This document shows positions 6,326 through 12,080 of a stretch of DNA of 12,080 bases, piece by piece. Made by a program: the position numbers and the translations under genes. The DNA lies in NCBI GenBank assembly GCA_051439505.1, contig JBFRWI010000103.1:1-12080 (forward strand), in the 5' to 3' direction. This DNA comes from Hormoscilla sp. GTDB lineage: Bacteria > Cyanobacteriota > Cyanobacteriia > Cyanobacteriales > Desertifilaceae. Position 1 is the stretch's first letter. Every line of letters starts with the position of its first letter. The notes under the pieces were generated by a model. The model ran no database searches, was not told the DNA's origin, and saw only the letters and a program-made list of their open reading frames with translations.

Positions 6326-7087
6326 ATGGCCGGACACAGTAAATGGGCAAATATCAAGCGTCAAAAGGAACGAGTAGACGCCCGAAAAGGCAAGACCTTT
6401 ACCAAAATATCCCGCGAGATTATCGTAGCAGCTCGCAGTGGCATTCCCGATCCTGCTGGTAATTTTCAATTGCGCACGGCAATTGAAAAGGCCAAGGCCG
6501 CTGGCATACCCAATGAAAATATCGAACGGGCGATCGCCAAGGGTGCCGGTACCTGGGGAAGCGATGGGGAAAATTTCGAGGCGATCCGTTATGAAGGTTA
6601 CGGTCCCGGGGGTGTGGCCATTCTGATTGAAGCCCTCACGGATAATCGTAACCGCACCGCTGCTGACCTGAGAGCCGCCTTTACCAAAAATGGTGGTAAC
6701 TTGGGTGAAACTGGCTGTGTTAGTTGGATGTTTGCCCAAAAAGGAGTAGTCGTTATTACAGAACCAATTGAGGAAGAAAAGTTACTGGAAGCATCCTTAG
6801 AAGGTGGTGCCCAGAATTATGAGTTGAATCCTGCAGTTGATGATACATTAACCGCTGAGGTATTCACAGAAGTGGAAAATCTGCAAACCCTCAGCCTCAT
6901 GTTACAGGACTATAGCTTTACAGTCAGTGAGGTAGAACTGCGTTGGATTCCCAGTAATATAGTAGAGGTCAGCGATCCTCTGCAGGCGCGATCGCTACTA
7001 AAATTAATCGATGCCCTAGAGGATTTGGACGATGTCCAAAATGTTACATCTAACTTTGACATGGCAGACGAACTCATGCATCTGTAG
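6326..7087 (+). CDS. yebC: YebC/PmpR family protein (TACO1 family)
   Basis: Canonical [11 protein letters not shown] start at 6326, [17 protein letters not shown], and [12 protein letters not shown]. The upstream extension to 6218 is unlikely. Confidence 0.96.
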   Translation: MAGHSKWANIKRQKERVDARKGKTFTKISREIIVAARSGIPDPAGNFQLRTAIEKAKAAGIPNENIERAIAKGAGTWGSDGENFEAIRYEGYGPGGVAILIEALTDNRNRTAADLRAAFTKNGGNLGETGCVSWMFAQKGVVVITEPIEEEKLLEASLEGGAQNYELNPAVDDTLTAEVFTEVENLQTLSLMLQDYSFTVSEVELRWIPSNIVEVSDPLQARSLLKLIDALEDLDDVQNVTSNFDMADELMHL

Positions 7088-7096
7088 CATCTGTAG
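7079..7096. repeat. 9-bp tandem duplication including the yebC stop codon
   Basis: catctgtag|catctgtag. Confidence 0.75.
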
Positions 7097-7121
7097 GTGA
7101 TGATGTCATCCCCATGCACAT

Positions 7122-7273
7122 AACCCCAACCGAGAGGTCTCAAACCCCAACCGAGAGGTCTCAAACCTCAACCGAGAGGTCTCAAACCTCAACCGAGAGG
7201 TTTTAAACCTCAACCGAGAGGTTTTAAACCTCAACCGAGAGGTCTCAAACCTCAACCGAGAGGTTTTAAACCC
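7122..7273. repeat. 21-bp tandem array, 7 full copies plus a partial copy, with an internal palindrome
   Basis: Unit AACCYCAACCGAGAGGTYTYA starts at 7122, 7143, 7164, 7185, 7206, 7227 and 7248. There are no spacers. Confidence 0.95.
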
Positions 7274-7342
7274 GATTTGGAGTGACATTGCACCATACAG
7301 AGTGACCGACGAGAGTGAATAAATGTTAATATATGGCAATAT

Positions 7343-7370
7343 TTAGCGATTAGCGATTAGCCATTAGCCA
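7343..7370. repeat. STRR-type heptamer repeat (TTAGCSA x4)
   Basis: ttagcga ttagcga ttagcca ttagcca. Confidence 0.85.
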
Positions 7371-7428
7371 TCATCATCCCCAAAATGTCCTATGGTTGTC
7401 AAAAAAAACGGTACCAGCGTGAAGAAGT

Positions 7429-8703
7429 ATGGACGTAGCACAGTTGGAACAAACTAGATCGAGATCGAGATCGCCAAAAACTCAATGGGACTACGATATC
7501 GCCATAGTCGGGGCCGGGATAGTCGGCGCAACCCTGGCTTGTGCGCTAAAAGATTCTGGGCTGAAACTCGTATTGATCGATCGATTACCCCAGGAAGTGG
7601 CCGCATCCAAGCAGCAAGCCTATGCCATTACCCTACTGTCAGGGCGCATTTTATCGGGCCTAGGGCTTTGGTCGGAAATCTTACCCCATGTCACGACATT
7701 TCCCCAAATTAGTCTGTCTGATACTAACCAGAGTTTTGTCCAGTTCCGACCAGCCGATCTCGGCACGGATGCCCTGGGTTATGTGGCATCTCATCGGGTG
7801 CTGCTGACAACCTTACAACAGTCCCTCAATCAATCTGACAATGTCAGTTGGTTATGTCCGGCGGAAGTATTAGAGGTAGAGGATCTCGTGGATGCTGTTA
7901 AGATCGCAGTCCACAAAGCAGGAACGAAACTGTGCTTGCAAGCGAGATTGCTGGTGGCCGCAGATGGAGCCCGATCGCCCATTCGGGCCCAGGCAGGTAT
8001 AGGCACCCAGGGCTGGAAATACTGGCAATCCTGTGTCGCTTCGACCATTAAACCAGAAAAATGTCACGATAATATTGCCTACGAACGCTTTTGGCCTACG
8101 GGACCGATGGGAGTGCTGCCCCTGCCAGGCAACCGCTGTCAAGTGGTCTGGACGGCCCCCCATGCAGAAGCAAAAGCCTTACAAGAACTGGATGAAGGGG
8201 AATTTCTGGCATTGCTAGAACAGTACACAGCCGGTCAGTTGGGGCGTTTAGAACTGGCTGGCCCTCGCGTGCTATATCCGGTACAGTTGATGCAGAGCGA
8301 TCGCTATATCAAACCCCGCCTGGCCCTGATCGGCGATGCGGCCCATTGCTGTCATCCCGTAGGCGGACAAGGACTGAATATGGGGATTAAAGATGCTGCG
8401 GCCCTGGCGGAAGTGCTGGTGAATGCCCACCAACAAGGGGAAGATATCGGCGACTTGCGCATCCTGCAAAGCTACGAAACCTGGCGCCAGCGGGAAAATA
8501 TGGTCATTTTAGGTTTCACCGACTTCCTCGATCGGATCTTTTCCAACAACTGGATACCGGTAGTAGCCCTGCGTCGCCTGGGTTTATGGATGCTACGTTC
8601 TTTGAGACCCTTTAGGTATTTGGCCTTGCGCCTCATGACCGGTTTGGGCGGACGCACTCCCGAACTGGCTAGAGATCCTCGAATACCTGGCGCTGTAAAA
8701 TAG
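7429..8703 (+). CDS. ubiH: FAD-dependent hydroxylase, UbiH/UbiF/COQ6 family (likely plastoquinone pathway)
   Basis: DIAIVGAGIVG (Rossmann GxGxxG), LLVAADGARS, and LIGDAAHCCHPVGGQGLNMGIKD. Confidence 0.85.
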   Translation: MDVAQLEQTRSRSRSPKTQWDYDIAIVGAGIVGATLACALKDSGLKLVLIDRLPQEVAASKQQAYAITLLSGRILSGLGLWSEILPHVTTFPQISLSDTNQSFVQFRPADLGTDALGYVASHRVLLTTLQQSLNQSDNVSWLCPAEVLEVEDLVDAVKIAVHKAGTKLCLQARLLVAADGARSPIRAQAGIGTQGWKYWQSCVASTIKPEKCHDNIAYERFWPTGPMGVLPLPGNRCQVVWTAPHAEAKALQELDEGEFLALLEQYTAGQLGRLELAGPRVLYPVQLMQSDRYIKPRLALIGDAAHCCHPVGGQGLNMGIKDAAALAEVLVNAHQQGEDIGDLRILQSYETWRQRENMVILGFTDFLDRIFSNNWIPVVALRRLGLWMLRSLRPFRYLALRLMTGLGGRTPELARDPRIPGAVK

Positions 8704-8767
8704 CAACAGTTAACAGACCGCCGCAGTCATCCGATAGGATCTTAATTGTTTTGTGATGGCTTAACTC

Positions 8768-9262
8768 ATGCTTTCTACAAAAATCCCTCCTTTTGACAAG
8801 TTTCGTGCTGGGATGCTGCGGCTCGGGGCTACTTGGGCGATCGCCCTAGCCATCGCCCTAGCCATCGCCCTTCCCCTGCGTTCGCAAACCACCAGTCCGA
8901 GCAATCAAAGTAGCGCCATTACCCTGCGATCGGACATTCAAGAAGCCAATGCCAAGACCGGCGTAGTGACGGCTCGCGGTAACGTGCAAATCCTTTATCC
9001 CGCACGAGAAATTCGGGCCACTGCTGCTCAAGCTCAATATTTCAGCCGCGAACGTCGCATCGTCCTGACTGGTAACGTGTATGTCCTCCAGTCTGGCAAT
9101 AGCCTCCAGGCCGAAATCGTCACCTACCTAATTGATGAAGGACGATTTATCGCCCAACCCTTGGAGAATAGCCAGGTATTATCGACCTATATCGTGCCCG
9201 AAACCGAAACGACAGCTGACGGGACAACCCCGATTCTGAATTTGCCCAGCAGTCAACCTTAA
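8768..9262 (+). CDS. lptA: LptA/OstA family LPS transport periplasmic protein
   Basis: Signal-peptide-like N-terminus, ITLRSDIQEANAKTGVVTARGNV, and IVLTGNVYVLQ.GNSL. Lies upstream of lptB. The start may be a later Met. Confidence 0.85.
   Translation: MLSTKIPPFDKFRAGMLRLGATWAIALAIALAIALPLRSQTTSPSNQSSAITLRSDIQEANAKTGVVTARGNVQILYPAREIRATAAQAQYFSRERRIVLTGNVYVLQSGNSLQAEIVTYLIDEGRFIAQPLENSQVLSTYIVPETETTADGTTPILNLPSSQP
8837..8872 (+). repeat. In-frame 12-bp tandem repeat (AIAL x3) in the LptA signal peptide
   Basis: gcgatcgcccta gccatcgcccta gccatcgccctt. Confidence 0.85.
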
Positions 9263-9437
9263 TGGAGAACGGAAAATGGAGAATGGAAAATGGAGAATTG
9301 AGAATGGAGAATTAGCCATTAGCAATTAGCCATTAGCAATTGACAATTAGCAATTAGCCATTAGCAATTGACAATTAGCCATTAGCAATTAGCCATTAGC
9401 AATTAGCCAATTAGCAATTAGCCATTAGCCATTGACA
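9261..9437. repeat. Bipartite STRR heptamer array (AATGGAG block, then MATTAGC block)
   Basis: About 7 aatggag-like units, then about 18 aattagc/cattagc/aattgac units, filling the lptA-lptB spacer. Confidence 0.92.
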
Positions 9438-9446
9438 TTGACAGAT

Positions 9447-10175
9447 GTGAAAATTGTACTGGAGAATATTCAGAAATCATATGGACAGCGCGTCGTAGTA
9501 AATCGCGTTAATCTTTCTGTAGCTCAAGGAGAAGTAGTAGGGCTATTGGGTCCTAATGGTGCCGGAAAAACGACAACTTTTTATATTGCTACGGGTTTAG
9601 AAAAACCAAATCAAGGTAAAGTTTTGCTAGGCGATCGCGACATTACTGCCGAACCGATACACCAGCGGGCGAAACTGGGTATTGGCTATCTGCCCCAGCA
9701 GCCTAGCATTTTTCGCTATCTCACCGTACGGGATAATCTGCTGTTGGTGCTAGAGCAAACCTCTGTTCCCCGTCGTGAATGGGGTTCCCGTCTGTATCAG
9801 TTACTCCGGGAGTTTCGCCTAGAAAAAGTCGCTGCGACCCCTGGTATTCAAGTTTCCGGAGGCGAACGGCGACGCACTGAACTGGCACGTGTCCTGGCAG
9901 CGGGTCGCGATCGCCCCAAGTTTTTGCTCTTAGATGAACCCTTTGCTGGCGTAGACCCGATCGCGGTTTCCGAAATACAAGAAATTGTCCAAAAGTTGCG
10001 CGATCGGCAGATCGGCATTCTGATCACCGACCACAACGTCCGCGAAACCCTAGCCATCACAGATAGAGCTTATATTATGCGAGAAGGAAAAATCCTAGCA
10101 TCAGGTAGCGCCGAGGAACTCTATGAAAACTCTTTAGTGCGACAATATTATTTAGGTGATAAATTTAAGCGATGA
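9447..10175 (+). CDS. lptB: LPS export ABC transporter ATP-binding protein
   Basis: Walker A GPNGAGKT, signature VSGGERRR, Walker B LLLDEPFAGVDP, and ITDHNVRETL. GTG 9447 (MKIVLENI) is preferred over TTG 9432, which lies within the repeat. Confidence 0.95.
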   Translation: MKIVLENIQKSYGQRVVVNRVNLSVAQGEVVGLLGPNGAGKTTTFYIATGLEKPNQGKVLLGDRDITAEPIHQRAKLGIGYLPQQPSIFRYLTVRDNLLLVLEQTSVPRREWGSRLYQLLREFRLEKVAATPGIQVSGGERRRTELARVLAAGRDRPKFLLLDEPFAGVDPIAVSEIQEIVQKLRDRQIGILITDHNVRETLAITDRAYIMREGKILASGSAEELYENSLVRQYYLGDKFKR

Positions 10176-10180
10176 TTGCC

Positions 10181-10263
10181 AATGGAGAATGGAGAATTGA
10201 GAATGGATAATTTAAGATAGCAATTAGCAATTGGCAATTAGCAATTATCAATCAACAATTAGC
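10181..10263. repeat. Bipartite STRR heptamer array (AATGGAG block, then AATTAGC block)
   Basis: aatggag aatggag aattgag aatggat ... aattagc aattggc aattagc aattatc aatcaac aattagc. Confidence 0.88.
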
Positions 10264-10270
10264 AAGCAAC

Positions 10271-11449
10271 ATGATATCTAGCAGTTACAAGGACGCAACA
10301 AATCTTTTCAGTGGAATTATTCCCAGAATTTCGGTTATGGACCGCTACATAGCCGCCGAGTTGGTAGCGCCCTTTTTGTTTGGTGTGGGGGCGTTTTCTG
10401 CCATTGGCTTGGCAATAGGTTCCCTCTTTGAACTGGTGCGGGAGATTACTGACTCGGGACTCCCGATCGCGATCGCCCTGAAAGTCCTGTTGCTACAACT
10501 GCCCTATTTCATCTCGATCGCCCTACCCACAGCGATGTTGCTAGCAACTTTAATCGGTTACAGTCGCCTTTCTAGCGACAGCGAATTAATTGCTTTGCGC
10601 AGTTGTGGTGTGAGCATCTATCGCTTAATATTACCTGCCCTGATCTTAAGTTTGATCGTGACAGGAGTGAACTTTACCTTTAACGAATTAGTAGTCCCCG
10701 CCGCCCGTTACGAAGCCGCCATTACCCTAGAGAAAGCCCTGAAAAAAGAAAAGCCTGACTTTCGAGAAAATAATATATTTTATCCCGAATATGGCAAGGT
10801 AGAAATGCCAGATGGCAAAAAAGTCACGATTCTCACCCGCTTATTTTATGCCGAACAGTTTAACGGTCGCAAAATGAGCGGCTTAACCATTGTCGATCGC
10901 TCTCACGGTCAATTAAATCAAATCATCGTATCGGAATCAGCAGAGTGGAACCCGACAGAAAACATCTGGGATTTTTTCAACGGGACAATTTATATAGTAG
11001 CTCCAGATGGTTCCTATCGCAATATCATCAAGTTCGATCGGCAACAGCTACAACTGCCACGGGCCCCCTTAGACTTAGCAGCAAGAGGTCGCGACTACGG
11101 CGAAATGAACATTGCCCAGTCGAAAGCATATCTCAAGATTATTCAAATGGGCGGCAAGGAAAAGAAAATCATCAAGCTGAAAATTAGAATTCAACAAAGA
11201 TATGCCTTACCTTTTGCCTGTGTGGCTTTTGGCTCGATCGGGGCGGCATTGGGCATTCGCCCCCAGCGCACTGGCAGGGGAACGGGTTTTGGAATTAGCG
11301 TGTTAGCAGTGTTTATTTATTACGTGTTAATGTCCATTGGCGATGCCCTGGGGTTGAGTGGTATTATCACTCCTTGGATGGCAGGTTGGTTGCCAACCAC
11401 TTGTGGCTTTGGGGTAGGCGCATTACTGTTACTTCGTGCCGCCCGCTAA
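10271..11449 (+). CDS. LptF/LptG family LPS export permease
   Basis: MDRYIAAELVAPFLFG, RLSSDSELIALRSCGVS, several TM helices flanking a periplasmic domain. Follows lptB. The start may be at MDRYI. Confidence 0.93.
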   Translation: MISSSYKDATNLFSGIIPRISVMDRYIAAELVAPFLFGVGAFSAIGLAIGSLFELVREITDSGLPIAIALKVLLLQLPYFISIALPTAMLLATLIGYSRLSSDSELIALRSCGVSIYRLILPALILSLIVTGVNFTFNELVVPAARYEAAITLEKALKKEKPDFRENNIFYPEYGKVEMPDGKKVTILTRLFYAEQFNGRKMSGLTIVDRSHGQLNQIIVSESAEWNPTENIWDFFNGTIYIVAPDGSYRNIIKFDRQQLQLPRAPLDLAARGRDYGEMNIAQSKAYLKIIQMGGKEKKIIKLKIRIQQRYALPFACVAFGSIGAALGIRPQRTGRGTGFGISVLAVFIYYVLMSIGDALGLSGIITPWMAGWLPTTCGFGVGALLLLRAAR

Positions 11450-11456
11450 AGAAGAA

Positions 11457-11519
11457 GCAGGGAGAAGGGAGCAGGGAGAAGGGAGCAGGGAGAAGGGAGA
11501 AGGGAGAAGGGAGAAGGGA
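11457..11519. repeat. Purine-rich heptamer STRR (GMAGGGA x9)
   Basis: gcaggga/gaaggga alternate three times, then gaaggga x3, just after the lptF/G stop. Confidence 0.92.
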
Positions 11520-11685
11520 GAGCCAAAAGCCAGTCAACTCGTACTTATTGGATAATTAATTTTTTGGAGTTCCCTAAGAATAGGTGTAGAAAAAATGAAA
11601 TTGGTCTCCGGAATACTCGCAAGGAAATCTGTAGCTAGCGGATGTCTTCATCTCGGGGGGACTGGTGCAGCAGCATGGGCACAGA

Positions 11686-11729
11686 TGCAGGACAGGCATC
11701 TGGCCCTGTAGGACAGGCATCTTGCCTGT
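11686..11729. repeat. Tandem pair of GTAG-type REP-like palindromes
   Basis: tgcaggacaggcatctggccctgt and tgtaggacaggcatcttgcctgt, 21 nt apart. The second forms acaggca-tct-tgcctgt after GTAG. Confidence 0.7.
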
Positions 11730-11891
11730 AGTTGTAGACCAGGAGTAAATGGGTGATAATATTTTCGATGTTAATGGTAACGGGGCAGCAGAGACTCCAC
11801 AGCATCAGATCGCCGGTCCTAGGACCCAGCATCTGGATTTAACCGGAGTCAACGGCTGCTTATACAATGTCAAACGTTTAGATATATAGTC

Positions 11892-12080
11892 ATGGAACAA
11901 ATAGTCGGACCAGTACAAGCAACACCGCTGATATCGCCAGCTGATGCGACGGTCAGCTTTGATATCGAATATACAACAGATGACCCGCTTAACAATGTAG
12001 GCACGGGGTTAGGACTGCGACTGCATTGGGACTCAAATCAGCTGACTTTCGATAGTCTGGAAAATGTTTTCGGTGACGAT
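11892..12080 (+). CDS. 5' end of an ORF running off the window; cohesin-like beta-sandwich surface protein (tentative)
   Basis: 63 open codons: MEQIVGPVQATPLISPADATVSFDIEYTTDDPLNNVGTGLGLRLHWDSNQLTFDSLENVFGDD. An in-frame TAG lies at 11820. It is absent from the ORF track because it has no stop in the window. Confidence 0.6.
   Translation, partial: MEQIVGPVQATPLISPADATVSFDIEYTTDDPLNNVGTGLGLRLHWDSNQLTFDSLENVFGDD

Noticed and set aside
7122..7273. CRISPR array
   Set aside because: The units are directly adjacent with no unique spacers, and no cas genes are in the window.
6910..7339. Minus-strand ORFs 7106-7339 and 6910-7164 as real proteins
   Set aside because: They stay open because of the 21-bp repeat or antisense overlap with yebC, and show no recognisable domain.
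527..11187. Other short ORFs nested in or antisense to the long genes (e.g. 527-754, 2902-3207, 2936-3247, 6308-6739, 7870-8163, 9848-10060, 10945-11187)
   Set aside because: They are shadow frames of well-supported CDSs with no independent motifs.
8768..11449. Single lptF/G gene and no lptC as a novelty
   Set aside because: lptA-lptB with one LptF/G-family gene is, to my knowledge, the usual cyanobacterial arrangement.
11374..11832. ORFs 11374-11559 (+) and 11635-11832 (-)
   Set aside because: They consist largely of translated heptamer or REP repeats and have no protein-like features.

Overview
Cyanobacterial chromosomal window, judged from abundant HIP1 GCGATCGC/CGATCG sites and heptameric STRR repeats; a filamentous lineage is an inference. 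Bases 1-2350 form an accessory island with three tandem type II toxin-antitoxin loci: an intact DUF1778/GNAT pair, an intact small-antitoxin/RelE-ParE-like pair, and a decayed YefM-like/YoeB-like pair whose toxin breaks off near a HIP1 palindrome. G-rich GCGATCGGG arrays and GTAG-type REP-like palindromes bracket these loci. The rest is mostly housekeeping: a minus-strand pyrF-pyrE fusion / GT2 glycosyltransferase / PlsC-like acyltransferase run, with apparent active-site anomalies in the first and last genes; then yebC, a 7x21-bp palindromic tandem array, a UbiH-like hydroxylase, lptA-lptB-lptF/G with bipartite heptamer spacers, and the start of an ORF missing from the track that resembles a cohesin-like surface protein. 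No rRNA, tRNA, CRISPR array or transposase was found. Family assignments come from motif recognition only, with no database search.
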